A stretch of 64,000 nucleotides of DNA, from assembly GCA_026004595.1 (NCBI GenBank), contig BPJL01000001.1, forward strand, positions 26,486 through 90,485. The letters run 5' to 3'. A program made the position numbers and the translations under genes. Under the pieces are notes generated by a model. That model had not been told where the DNA came from. It made no database searches and was given only the letters and a program-made list of their open reading frames with translations. Within the stretch, counting starts at the first letter, position 1. Each line of letters opens with the position of its first letter. Origin of the DNA: Patescibacteria group bacterium (GTDB lineage: Bacteria; Patescibacteriota; WWE3; UBA101185; UBA10185). Positions 29,520 to 37,935 of the stretch are shown here, in pieces.

Positions 29520-29640
29520 CCGCACGGCAGAAGCGAAACTAAACGCTCGGGCGGGCAAAAAGGAAGGGGGTTGGGGGGAAGGAATTTTTGCCCGCCCGCG
29601 TTTTCCGCCGCCGAATTTCGTATTTCGCTTTGCGAAATGC
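29520..29640. repeat. GC-rich terminal inverted repeat, left copy, containing the perfect 13-bp-stem hairpin GGGCGGGCAAAAA-N23-TTTTTGCCCGCCC (29549-29597)
   Basis: The reverse complement matches 31465-31585 with a ~73-nt identical core (GGGCGGGCAAAAATTCCTTCCCCCCAACCCCCTTCCTTTTTGCCCGCCCGAGCGTTTAGTTTCGCTTCTGCCG). Its GC content is far above that of the flanking genome. Confidence 0.65.
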
Positions 29641-29714
29641 GCCGCAAGAAAATATGGAGTTGTGTTTGCCCCTCCCTCCCGTGCGCACACAACAGATTTT
29701 TTACTCCCTAAAAT

Positions 29715-29790
29715 TTTGACTAATAACATATCTTGTAGTATCATCTTGATAGTACCAAAGTATTGAGCATACTGCAACCTAATGGTACTA
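29715..29790 (+). promoter_or_regulatory. Putative sigma70-type promoter (TTGACT-17nt-TATCAT) plus an inverted-repeat operator TAGTACCA-N25-TGGTACTA upstream of the xre-like gene
   Basis: TTGACT at 29715-29720 and TATCAT at 29738-29743 with 17-nt spacing. A palindromic half-site pair sits at 29750-29757 and 29783-29790, immediately upstream of the HTH regulator start (29804). Confidence 0.3.
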
Positions 29791-29803
29791 CTATAGATAA
29801 ATT

Positions 29804-30013
29804 ATGTCAAAACAAGATTTTCCATTGGCAAAAAACCTCAAGAAATTGAGGGAGAAGAAAGGGCTTTCGCAAGATCGTCTCGCCAAGCTCGCCGATGTTG
29901 CCAACAACACGATTATTAAGATTGAGCAGGGCGAGAATATAAACCCAACGCTTGATACGCTAAAGAAAATGGCGAAAGCCCTTGATGTTAGTGTTGATGA
30001 GTTAATTCAATAA
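29804..30013 (+). CDS. XRE-family helix-turn-helix transcriptional regulator
   Basis: A 69-aa protein whose HTH_3 core is LKKLREKKGLSQDRLAKLADVANNTIIKIEQGENINPTLDTLKKMAKALDVSVDELI. Confidence 0.7.
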   Translation: MSKQDFPLAKNLKKLREKKGLSQDRLAKLADVANNTIIKIEQGENINPTLDTLKKMAKALDVSVDELIQ

Positions 30014-30017
30014 AACT

Positions 30018-30971
30018 ATGGATATTATTTTTTACATCGGGATATTTCTGTTCGTAATCGGTGCTTGGCAAGCGTTTATGCGAGGTACGCATTCTGAAGT
30101 GATTAGTGGTCTCTCGCTTACATTGGGGACGATTTTGGTTTTTGTTGGAAATTGGCGACTGGGATTGTTCTTTATCTTCCTTTTTGCGAGCTGGTTTTTG
30201 TTAATGCAATTATTCAGATTTTCTACCTACCACAAATATTTTTTCAAAATTTCACCTCTCTTAATTGGATATGCCGTTTTGGTTGCTTTCTTACTTCGAT
30301 ATTTTAATTTTCAAAATCTTTTTTGGTGGTATCTCGTCCTTTCGTCTCTTTTCTTATTTATCAACCATAGAAAGCAACTCAAATCCAAAGACGCAGTTGA
30401 TATGTTAGCTGGTCTTGATAAAAGTGTTACGGACACAATACCGGACGGAGAAGCCAAACAGCACGTCGAAAAGGAATTATCCTTATCTTTTAGTCGGACA
30501 ATAAAATATCATCTTTTAAGTGCAATAGTTTTCATCATAAGTTTTGTTCTGGCGTTTTCCTATTTTTCTGGCGGCATTAAAACCGATCAAATTTTTTCTC
30601 AAATTCCAACGGTGTCTGTTAGCGGTAGCAATATTGGACACTTCAGCAAATCAATAGATTTTGCCAATAAAGCGACAAAAATTTCTAATAATGGCGGCGC
30701 ATACCAGCAAATGGGAGAGGAAGAAATAAAAGAGATGGTTGATAATTACAAACAAGCATTAACAGAAGCGAAGCAAGTTGATATTCAAAAACTTAATTCC
30801 GACCATCAAGGTTTTGGCGACCATTACAAAAATGAATTTATTGCCGGAGCCGAAATGTTTATAGAGGGTTTTGAAAAATCTGACGCTCAAAAATTTCTTC
30901 AGGGACAAGTTTTGCTTTCACAATGGGGCGATTGGTATGAAAAAAACTTTGACGCTATTCGTAAATTATAG
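30018..30971 (+). CDS. Hypothetical membrane protein (4 N-terminal TM helices plus a ~170-aa cytoplasmic domain)
   Basis: Begins 4 nt after the xre stop. The TM-rich N-terminus (W/F-rich) is followed by one more TM near residue 170 and a soluble C-terminus. No motif was recognised. Confidence 0.4.
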   Translation: MDIIFYIGIFLFVIGAWQAFMRGTHSEVISGLSLTLGTILVFVGNWRLGLFFIFLFASWFLLMQLFRFSTYHKYFFKISPLLIGYAVLVAFLLRYFNFQNLFWWYLVLSSLFLFINHRKQLKSKDAVDMLAGLDKSVTDTIPDGEAKQHVEKELSLSFSRTIKYHLLSAIVFIISFVLAFSYFSGGIKTDQIFSQIPTVSVSGSNIGHFSKSIDFANKATKISNNGGAYQQMGEEEIKEMVDNYKQALTEAKQVDIQKLNSDHQGFGDHYKNEFIAGAEMFIEGFEKSDAQKFLQGQVLLSQWGDWYEKNFDAIRKL

Positions 30972-30973
30972 CT

Positions 30974-31438
30974 ATGGCCAATAAAGAACAAATCGTAGAG
31001 CTTTCGTGGAATGTGAACGACTTACTGTCTCAATATGTCGCAATTCACGATGATATTTTCAAAACCTCAATTCGTCATGCAATACCAATTCCAGGAATTT
31101 TCAAGGCGATTGATTTTGGTGCTCATCTTGGGAAAGTTGAAAATATCATCCCTGAACTAGAGAATTGCGGCAGTAAAATAAAATCGCTTGCCGAAAGTGT
31201 GAATGGTCAGGAGCGAGAATATCTTGATTTACTCGCCCGATATGTTGGTGCGTTGATTGAGACAGTAAGTCGTCTAAAAGTCGTTGTAGGTGCGCTTTAC
31301 GCCAAGAGCCAAAGTTTTGTTAATTCAAAATACGATTGGAAAAATTATAAAAGCGACCTTGCCAGTTATGAGCAATCGGTGCAAGATTATATGGCAATTG
31401 GCGGAAGATTGAACGAACTTTTTGAGAAAGTAAAATAA
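30974..31438 (+). CDS. Hypothetical soluble protein (154 aa)
   Basis: Begins 2 nt after the upstream stop, so it is translationally coupled. Predicted helical. No motif was recognised. Confidence 0.35.
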   Translation: MANKEQIVELSWNVNDLLSQYVAIHDDIFKTSIRHAIPIPGIFKAIDFGAHLGKVENIIPELENCGSKIKSLAESVNGQEREYLDLLARYVGALIETVSRLKVVVGALYAKSQSFVNSKYDWKNYKSDLASYEQSVQDYMAIGGRLNELFEKVK

Positions 31439-31464
31439 TGCGGCGCGCCAGTTACACTGGCACG

Positions 31465-31585
31465 AAATTTGGCGGCGGCGGAAAGCGAGGGCGGGCAAAA
31501 ATTCCTTCCCCCCAACCCCCTTCCTTTTTGCCCGCCCGAGCGTTTAGTTTCGCTTCTGCCGCGCGAAGCGCGGCAATGGGTCAAT
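31465..31585. repeat. GC-rich terminal inverted repeat, right copy (hairpin at 31489-31537)
   Basis: Inverted partner of 29520-29640. A further GC-rich tract (31680-31753) follows, before the duplicated tRNA fragment. Confidence 0.65.
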
Positions 31586-31753
31586 TTCTTTCAAAAAAGG
31601 TTCGCGCGAAGTGTATAATTACAGCACCAAGAAATTTCGACAGGCCTTAAGCGCATAGCGAAATTTATTTGTGTGCAAAGAAGACTCGAATGGCGCAGGC
31701 GCGGCGGCGCCGAGCCGGGGCCGAGCGGATCGCCAGCAGGCGAGAACGCGTGG

Positions 31754-31774
31754 CCGAGTCCCTCCGGGTGCACC
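31754..31774 (+). repeat. Direct repeat copy 2 (attR-like): duplicated tRNA-Arg 3' fragment CGAGTCCCTCCGGGTGCACCA
   Basis: Exact 21/21 match to 29472-29492. No tRNA body is present upstream of this copy, so it is a fragment and not a second tRNA. Confidence 0.7.
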
Positions 31775-31802
31775 AATAAACTAAAAGGTTAAAAAAGAAT
31801 TT

Positions 31803-32420
31803 ATGTTAATCGCTTTTGAAGGCGGAGAAGGCTCCGGAAAAGGAACACAAATTTGTCTGCTTCAAGAAGTGCTGGAAAGCAAAGGGTTGAAGGTGCTCTC
31901 AATTATTGAACCCGGTGGAACGGAAGTAGGCAAGGCAATTAGAAACATTCTCCTGGACAGAAAGGACCTCGATCTTCTTGGCATTACTGAAGCATTCTTA
32001 TTTTCCGCATCCCGCGCTCAGCAAGTTAGGACTGTAACTAGACCCGCATTGGAAGAAGGAAAAATTGTACTTTCGGACAGAAGTTTTTATTCAACTTATG
32101 CCTATCAAGGTTATGGAAGAAAACAGCCCATTTCAATTCTGAAAAAAATGACGGAGCTAGCTGTAGGCGAAACAAAGCCCGATCTTGTATTTCTTCTTGA
32201 TTTGCCTCCGGAAATTGGTTTGGCAAGGAAAAAGAGTCAAAATCAGATCAACCGTCTAGACGCCGAAGCTATGGAATTTCATCAAAGGGTTAGAGCGGGG
32301 TATTTAACTTTAGCCAAAAAAGATGCTAAAAAGTGGAGAGTTATTGACGCCGCTAAGCCGCCCGAACAGATACATTCCGAAATATTATTTGCGCTTGAGC
32401 CCGTTTTATTCCCAAACTAA
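31803..32420 (+). CDS. tmk: Thymidylate kinase
   Basis: MLIAFEGGEGSGKGTQ P-loop, and a DR(S/Y) motif (LSDRSFYSTYAYQG). Confidence 0.85.
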   Translation: MLIAFEGGEGSGKGTQICLLQEVLESKGLKVLSIIEPGGTEVGKAIRNILLDRKDLDLLGITEAFLFSASRAQQVRTVTRPALEEGKIVLSDRSFYSTYAYQGYGRKQPISILKKMTELAVGETKPDLVFLLDLPPEIGLARKKSQNQINRLDAEAMEFHQRVRAGYLTLAKKDAKKWRVIDAAKPPEQIHSEILFALEPVLFPN

Positions 32421-32446
32421 GCCAATTGACTTAAACTAATATCTAC

Positions 32447-34153
32447 ATGAGTGTGTTTGTTGAACTTAGCATAATTATTGTTGTTGCCGCGTTGCTTTCA
32501 GGGGCGATGCGTCTTCTTAGGCAGCCTCTTGTGATAGGCTACGTTCTTACCGGCGTTATGCTTGGGCCGCATTTTTTGGGGGTACTAAAATCGGCGGAAT
32601 CTATGTCGGCCTTTTCAGAAATGGGAATTGCGATACTTTTATTTATCGTCGGGCTTCATCTAAACCCCAAGGAATTGAAAAACTTCGGTACCGCCTCTTT
32701 TTTGATCGGTTTTTTACAGGTACTTCTCACCACCTTTTTCGGTTTCATTATTTCTGCGGTATTGAAATTTTCACCAATAGAGGGATTGTACATAGGATTG
32801 GGATTGTCTTTCAGCAGTACAATTGTTGTTCTCAAATTTCTTTCTGACAAAAAGGACCTTGAAAAATTATATGGAAGACTAAGCATCGGGATACTTTTGT
32901 TGGAGGATATTTTAGCGGCTGTTGCTTTGATTGTTGTTTCTGGAACTTCCGAAGGAATGGAGGGATTGCCATCGTTCCTGCTTTTGATCATAAAGGGGCT
33001 GATTCTTGTTCTTGCCGTTTCTCTAACCAGCTATTATGTAATGCCCGCCCTTGGAACCTTTTTGGCTCGCTCGCAAGAATACCTCTTTCTCTTTTCGTTG
33101 GCGTGGGGGTTTGGTTTGGCGGTGCTTTTTGGAAATTTGGGCTTTTCGATTGAAGTCGGCGCATTGATAGCGGGGGTGTCCTTGTCCATTCTCCCTTACA
33201 GCGCGGAAATAAGTTCACGCCTGAAGCCGCTTAGAGATTTTTTTGTTGTAATGTTTTTTATCTATTTAGGTTATGAAATATCGTTTGATTCTCTTACAAA
33301 AATGGTTGTGCCTCTCGCGATATTCATTTCGTATGTTTTATTAATCAAGCCCCTTATATTTGCTCTTTTGATAGAGCTTTTTGGGTATTCTAAGAAAACG
33401 GCTTTTTTGGGGGGTTCAAGCCTTTCGCAGATAAGCGAGTTTTCCCTGATTCTGGCCTTGCTGGGGTTGAAAGTCGGGCATCTTTCTGAGGACACTGTTA
33501 GTCTTATCACAATTCTTGGGTTTTTGAGTATCGCCGTGTCGTCTTACTTTATTGTTTATGCTGAAAAGATCTACCCTTTGTTTGTTCCTTTTCTAAAGTT
33601 ATTTGAGAAAAAGACAGTTGTAGCCGATACGGATATCGCGCGGGTTTATGACACTATTTTATTTGGCTGCAATAGGGCAGGGTATGATTTTGTGAAAATT
33701 TTCAAGGAGTTCGGAAAGCAGTTTTTGGCTGTCGATTTTGACCCCGACATAGTTAAAGAGCTTACCTCAAAAGGTATTAATTGTATTTATGGAGATGCGG
33801 AAGACGCGGAATTTTTGGATGAGATTTCAGTGGGTAAGGCAAAAATTGTGATCTCTACAATTCCGGAGTTTGAGACCAATAACTTTTTGTTAAATAAAGT
33901 GAGATCGGAAAATCCTGATTCCCTTGTAGTTCTCATTTCATACAACATTGACGAGGCAATTAAATTGTATGAGGGAGGAGCGACTTATGTGATTTTACCC
34001 CATTTTATTGGCGGTGAGTTTGCTGTGAGAATTATTAGCGAAGCAGGGTTTGATGTTAAAAAGCTTAGTGCCAGGAGAGATGAACACGTGAACTATTTGA
34101 GGGAGCGCAAAAAGCTGGGACATGCGCATCCCGTTTGGACTCACAGTCAGTAA
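32447..34153 (+). CDS. Kef-type monovalent cation:proton antiporter (CPA2) with C-terminal TrkA-N/RCK domain
   Basis: About 380 aa of polytopic Na_H_exchanger-like helices, followed by a Rossmann RCK motif (ILFGCNRAGYDFVKIF...FLAVDFDPD...). Confidence 0.7.
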   Translation: MSVFVELSIIIVVAALLSGAMRLLRQPLVIGYVLTGVMLGPHFLGVLKSAESMSAFSEMGIAILLFIVGLHLNPKELKNFGTASFLIGFLQVLLTTFFGFIISAVLKFSPIEGLYIGLGLSFSSTIVVLKFLSDKKDLEKLYGRLSIGILLLEDILAAVALIVVSGTSEGMEGLPSFLLLIIKGLILVLAVSLTSYYVMPALGTFLARSQEYLFLFSLAWGFGLAVLFGNLGFSIEVGALIAGVSLSILPYSAEISSRLKPLRDFFVVMFFIYLGYEISFDSLTKMVVPLAIFISYVLLIKPLIFALLIELFGYSKKTAFLGGSSLSQISEFSLILALLGLKVGHLSEDTVSLITILGFLSIAVSSYFIVYAEKIYPLFVPFLKLFEKKTVVADTDIARVYDTILFGCNRAGYDFVKIFKEFGKQFLAVDFDPDIVKELTSKGINCIYGDAEDAEFLDEISVGKAKIVISTIPEFETNNFLLNKVRSENPDSLVVLISYNIDEAIKLYEGGATYVILPHFIGGEFAVRIISEAGFDVKKLSARRDEHVNYLRERKKLGHAHPVWTHSQ

Positions 34154-34240
34154 ACGATCGATGGTTGGCGAAGGTTTGGATTTTTGGTTTTTGTGAGATA
34201 ATATTCGCTTGGTGTTGATTTGTGTATGGGTTTGATTCGG

Positions 34241-34316
34241 GGGCCGTTAGCTCAGTTGGTAGAGCGCCGCATTCGCATTGCGGAGATCAGCGGTTCGATT
34301 CCGCTACGGTCCACCA
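34241..34316 (+). tRNA. tRNA-Ala (anticodon CGC)
   Basis: Acceptor GGGCCGT/ACGGTCC with the G3:U70 alanine identity pair. Anticodon stem CCGCA/TGCGG with loop TTCGCAT. T-arm AGCGGTTCGATTCCGCT. Discriminator A followed by CCA. Confidence 0.8.
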
Positions 34317-34322
34317 AACTCT

Positions 34323-34838
34323 GTGATTCGCTACCAATACCACAAACCAAAAATCTTATTCGTAGGAATCAACCCCCACCACGGTTCGTATTTGCGCGGC
34401 GTCCCCTTTTCCAACAACAAAATGTTTTGGTATTTATTGAATAGGGCGGGAATTATTAAAGAAAATATCGCTTCTTTGAAAGATGACGCAAAATTGAAGG
34501 AGTTTTTTGAAAAGAGGTTTAACCCGGTGTATAGGTTGGGCTTAGTTAATATCATAAACCGCCCCACCCGAGATACAGGAGAACTGAAAAAAGGAGAAGA
34601 AACGAGGGGTAGAACGAGAGTTGAACGTATTATTAAATTGGAAGAACCCAAGGTTGTTTGTTTTGTCGCGAAAATAACATACGAAAAGTTTAGCGGACTA
34701 AAAAAGTTTAATTATGGATGGCAGAAAGATATTTTTTCATCAAAGGTTTTTGTAATGCACTTTCCTTTGAGGGGAGAGGCGAGAGTAAGAATAGGAGAAT
34801 TGAGAGCGGTGGGGAAGTCGGCGGGGGTTGTTAAATAA
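34323..34838 (+). CDS. mug: G/U mismatch-specific DNA glycosylase (MUG/TDG family of the UDG superfamily)
   Basis: KILFVGINPHHGSYLRGVPFSNNKMFWYLLNRAGI matches E. coli Mug ([35 protein letters not shown]). The start is a putative GTG just after the tRNA-Ala; the ATG-less upstream extension would overlap the tRNA. Confidence 0.6.
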   Translation: MIRYQYHKPKILFVGINPHHGSYLRGVPFSNNKMFWYLLNRAGIIKENIASLKDDAKLKEFFEKRFNPVYRLGLVNIINRPTRDTGELKKGEETRGRTRVERIIKLEEPKVVCFVAKITYEKFSGLKKFNYGWQKDIFSSKVFVMHFPLRGEARVRIGELRAVGKSAGVVK

Positions 34839-35133
34839 ATTTTTTTGGGTCTACGCCAAAGTTTTTATTGACTTCTATACCCTCTTTTTCAAGCAATATT
34901 TTTTGTTCTTGCGCGGATATTTTGGGGTTTTTAATGCTTATGTAACCTTTTGCATTTATAATTCTCCACCAAGGCGTTTTTCCATCGTCACCCCATCGGT
35001 TGAGAATCCACCCAACTTCTCTTGCGCTTCGTGGTTTTCCAGCAAATAAGGCAATTTGGCCGTAACTTGCCACACGGCCTTTGGGTATTCTGCGCACTTC
35101 TTCTAGCACCCTTTCTTTGAAGCTTTTTTGCAT
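34831..35133 (-). CDS. Alkyltransferase-like protein (ATL; MGMT DNA-binding domain lacking the acceptor Cys)
   Basis: VASYGQIALFAGKPRSAREVGWIL...PWWRIIN: the MGMT helix-turn-helix with PWWR in place of the PCHR active site, as in ATL proteins (E. coli YbaZ has PWHRV). The start is taken at the internal Met, because the longer ORF would overlap tRNA-Ser at 35217-35307. Confidence 0.55.
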   Translation of the reverse strand: MQKSFKERVLEEVRRIPKGRVASYGQIALFAGKPRSAREVGWILNRWGDDGKTPWWRIINAKGYISIKNPKISAQEQKILLEKEGIEVNKNFGVDPKKFI

Positions 35134-35216
35134 GATTGAGGTGTTATTATTGTACCAGTAGGGTATACTTTGTACGGTTTGCGGGTTTGGAGCTTGGATC
35201 TTTTGAATTTGGTTTT

Positions 35217-35307
35217 GGAGGGATACCGAAGTGGTCATAACGGGCTGGTCTCGAAAACCAAGCGTGGGGAAACCCACCCGTGGGTTCGAATCCCACTCCC
35301 TCCGCCA
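35217..35307 (+). tRNA. tRNA-Ser (anticodon CGA)
   Basis: Acceptor GGAGGGA/TCCCTCC. Anticodon loop CTCGAAA. Long variable arm containing the GTGGGGAAACCCAC hairpin. T-arm GTGGGTTCGAATCCCAC. Discriminator G followed by CCA. Confidence 0.8.
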
Positions 35308-35473
35308 TTTTATACACAGTAAATCTTGCCCTCGGTTTTCGGTTTCTCGGGTTTAGTAGCTTAGTAGAGGGAGTTTATACAGTTTATACAAAGAAGCCTC
35401 GAATTTTGTTTTGACCCCAATATACCCCAGAACATAACGACCCATTGCTGTAATGAGTAACAAGGGATGTATA

Positions 35474-36979
35474 ATGACAAGCATGGCGCCTTTTCTTAAG
35501 ACAAAGAAGTTAGAGATCATAGTATTTATTAGCGGGGCCGTGGTTATGATATTGGAAATGGTTGGATCTAGAGTGTTTGGTCCATATCTTGGTAGTTCTA
35601 TCTACACCTGGACAGGATTGATAGGCGTGATAATGGGAAGCTTGAGTTTGGGCTATTATTGGGGTGGAAAATTGGCGGATAAGGACCCCAATTATAAAAC
35701 TCTCTCAATTATCATTTTGTGTGCGGGGGCGTCTGTATTTCTAATGAATGTATTAAAAGATTCTGTTTCTCAATTCGTTTCTTACAGCTTTTCGGATCCG
35801 AAAGTTGCCATTGTTTTTGCGAGCTCACTGCTATTTTTTATCCCAAGCGCTTTGTTGGGGATGGTTACTCCTTATGCCGTCAAGTTGAGATTAGTAAGTC
35901 TTCAAAAATCTGCCTCTACTGTGGGGAGTTTATATGCGATCTCAACTGTTGGCAGTATCTTCGGAACTTTTCTAACAGGATTCTATCTTCTATCGTATCT
36001 TGGAACTTCAAATATTTTGTCATTTCTTTCAATAACTTTGGTTATTTTATCAATTTTCACATACGCCTCGGGGCAAACAGGGATTAAACTGCTCCTAATT
36101 TTTATATCTTTGGCATCCTTTGGTGTTAACAGACTAATAGTTGAACATAACAAAAAGCATGGTTTTGTAGATGTTGACACCATGTACAATAGAGTTTGGA
36201 TAGTTGATGGTGTAAATAAAGCCGACGGACGCCCGATAAGGAGCATGTTTCTTAACAAGCAAGAGGCTTCAGCAATGTATTTGGATAAAAATGCGGGAAT
36301 GGTTTTTACTTACCACCGTATCCACTTCAATCTTATAAAGAAACTTCGCCCGGATTTCAAAAGCGCAGTTGTTCTTGGAGGAGCAGCATACTCATTCCCA
36401 AAAGAACTTGTAACAGAATTTCCTGACGCTACTGTGGATGTGGTTGAGATAGATCCGGATCTGACAAAGTTAGCGATCAAATACTTCGGTTTGGAGGTGA
36501 CCCCCCGTCTCCGAGTTTTTCATGAGGATGGACGCGTTTTTTTGAACAAAAACCAGATAAAGTATGACCTGGTATTTATGGATGCATTCAACTCTCGTAT
36601 ATCCATTCCTCCACACCTTACTACCAAAGAAGCTGTTGAGAGGATGCATGACGCACTTAGTAGCAACGGTGTTTTAGTTACAAATATAGTTTCAGCGGTA
36701 TATGGAGATTACTCTGGTTTTTTTAAGTCTGAATATCTAACATACAAGTCAGTATTCCCAAGAGTACTTGTTTATAAGGTCCACCCGGTAAGCTTAGATT
36801 TGGCGCAGAATTTGGTATTGGTAGCTTTTAAGAATGGTGAGCAAAACATGAATCCGCAGGAGCTGGGCGAATTGATTTTGGACTCTGATAGCGATCAGTC
36901 CGAAGAACTCACTGCAGGGGGTACGGTATTGACAGATGAATTTTCTCCCGTCGAGAAGTATTTTTTTAACATAATGTGA
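35474..36979 (+). CDS. Fused membrane domain + spermidine synthase-like (polyamine aminopropyltransferase) protein
   Basis: The N-terminal ~200 aa have 6-7 TM helices. The C-terminal half has the spermidine-synthase Rossmann pattern (VVLGGAAYSFPKEL...VDVVEIDPDL...RLRVFHEDGRVFL...YDLVFMDAF). Confidence 0.6.
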   Translation: MTSMAPFLKTKKLEIIVFISGAVVMILEMVGSRVFGPYLGSSIYTWTGLIGVIMGSLSLGYYWGGKLADKDPNYKTLSIIILCAGASVFLMNVLKDSVSQFVSYSFSDPKVAIVFASSLLFFIPSALLGMVTPYAVKLRLVSLQKSASTVGSLYAISTVGSIFGTFLTGFYLLSYLGTSNILSFLSITLVILSIFTYASGQTGIKLLLIFISLASFGVNRLIVEHNKKHGFVDVDTMYNRVWIVDGVNKADGRPIRSMFLNKQEASAMYLDKNAGMVFTYHRIHFNLIKKLRPDFKSAVVLGGAAYSFPKELVTEFPDATVDVVEIDPDLTKLAIKYFGLEVTPRLRVFHEDGRVFLNKNQIKYDLVFMDAFNSRISIPPHLTTKEAVERMHDALSSNGVLVTNIVSAVYGDYSGFFKSEYLTYKSVFPRVLVYKVHPVSLDLAQNLVLVAFKNGEQNMNPQELGELILDSDSDQSEELTAGGTVLTDEFSPVEKYFFNIM

Positions 36980-37740
36980 ACATGAAAAATCTGTTGTTAA
37001 AAATTACCGCCGAGAATATGGAAATGATTTCAAAGATCAGGGCCCAACTTAATGAAAATTCGAGCTTGGAGTCGCAACGGAGTTTTCAGAGATTTTTTAA
37101 AGTTCCGGTACTATGTTATGGAGTAAAATCGGCAGTTGTGGCAAAAATAGCAAAAACCAACTTTGTCCATGTCAGGAGACTTTCCAAGAGTCAGTTGTAC
37201 GATCTCTGCGAAGCTTTATTCAAATCCCGGTATTGTGAAGAATCTTGGATCGCTTCAAATTGGGTTTATTGGAAAAACGATTATGCCGTTACCGACCTTT
37301 CATATTATGAGCGCTGGATTGATAAGTATATAGACAATTGGGCTAAATGTGACACCTTTTGTAACCATGTGGTTGGAGCATTTATTGATAAGTACCCCAA
37401 ACATATTGCCAGATTGAAAATTTGGGCAAAGAGTAAAAATTTGTGGCTAAGAAGAGCCGCAGCCGTGAGTTTGATAATTCCAGCCAAAGAGGGAAAGTTT
37501 CTAAAAAACATTTTCGAGATTGCGGATACTCTGCTTAATGATAAGGAGGATATGGTTCAAAAGGGTTATGGATGGTTGCTTAAAGAAGCTAGCAGAACGC
37601 ACCAGAAAGAGGTATTCGAATATGTTATGAAGCACAAGGACATAATGCCGCGTACTGCGCTAAGATACGCTATTGAGAAGATGCCGGATTCGCTTAGAAA
37701 AAAGGCATTGTCTAGGCTTTCTGACCCCGCCGTTTTGTGA
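36976..37740 (+). CDS. DNA alkylation repair enzyme (AlkC/AlkD-like HEAT-repeat glycosylase family)
   Basis: C-terminal pattern WLRRAAAVSLI...KGYGWLLKEASRTHQKEVFEYV typical of the DNA_alkylation family. The start overlaps the upstream stop by 4 nt. Confidence 0.55.
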   Translation: MNMKNLLLKITAENMEMISKIRAQLNENSSLESQRSFQRFFKVPVLCYGVKSAVVAKIAKTNFVHVRRLSKSQLYDLCEALFKSRYCEESWIASNWVYWKNDYAVTDLSYYERWIDKYIDNWAKCDTFCNHVVGAFIDKYPKHIARLKIWAKSKNLWLRRAAAVSLIIPAKEGKFLKNIFEIADTLLNDKEDMVQKGYGWLLKEASRTHQKEVFEYVMKHKDIMPRTALRYAIEKMPDSLRKKALSRLSDPAVL

Positions 37741-37935
37741 TTTTTATGTTTCGGGTTAATTTAGCTACGTTTGTTAAATATACAAACATGACAGCTGACA
37801 GGGCTTGGTTTTCAAAACTGATGTCTCAATGCATTTTCTTTCTGATATTCTTAGTGTTCCCATTTTCTATATTCTTACCGTCTGTTAAATAGTATTTTGG
37901 AGTATGTATATCAACTTGACTTGCTATAATAAATT

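Noticed and set aside
29366-29777. Three overlapping short ORFs (108, 87 and 93 aa) in the tRNA-Arg / GC-rich inverted-repeat region
   Set aside because: They cover the tRNA and the GC-rich TIR/hairpin sequence. Their Gly/Arg/Pro-rich translations are what GC-rich non-coding DNA produces. The TIR partner region gives mirror-image ORFs (31387-31776), as expected for repeats, not genes.
31387-31776. Three short ORFs (65, 70 and 61 aa) in the right inverted repeat and GC-rich tract
   Set aside because: Same reasoning as above: they are translations of the inverted-repeat copy and the duplicated tRNA fragment.
34220-34444. 74-aa + strand ORF, and the ATG-less 5' extension of the 34278 ORF
   Set aside because: It overlaps tRNA-Ala (34241-34316). 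The real downstream gene (mug) most plausibly starts after the tRNA.
35134-35277. N-terminal 48 codons of the 148-aa minus-strand ORF
   Set aside because: The extension runs through tRNA-Ser(CGA) at 35217-35307. ATL proteins are ~100 aa, and an internal Met gives a canonical N-terminus.
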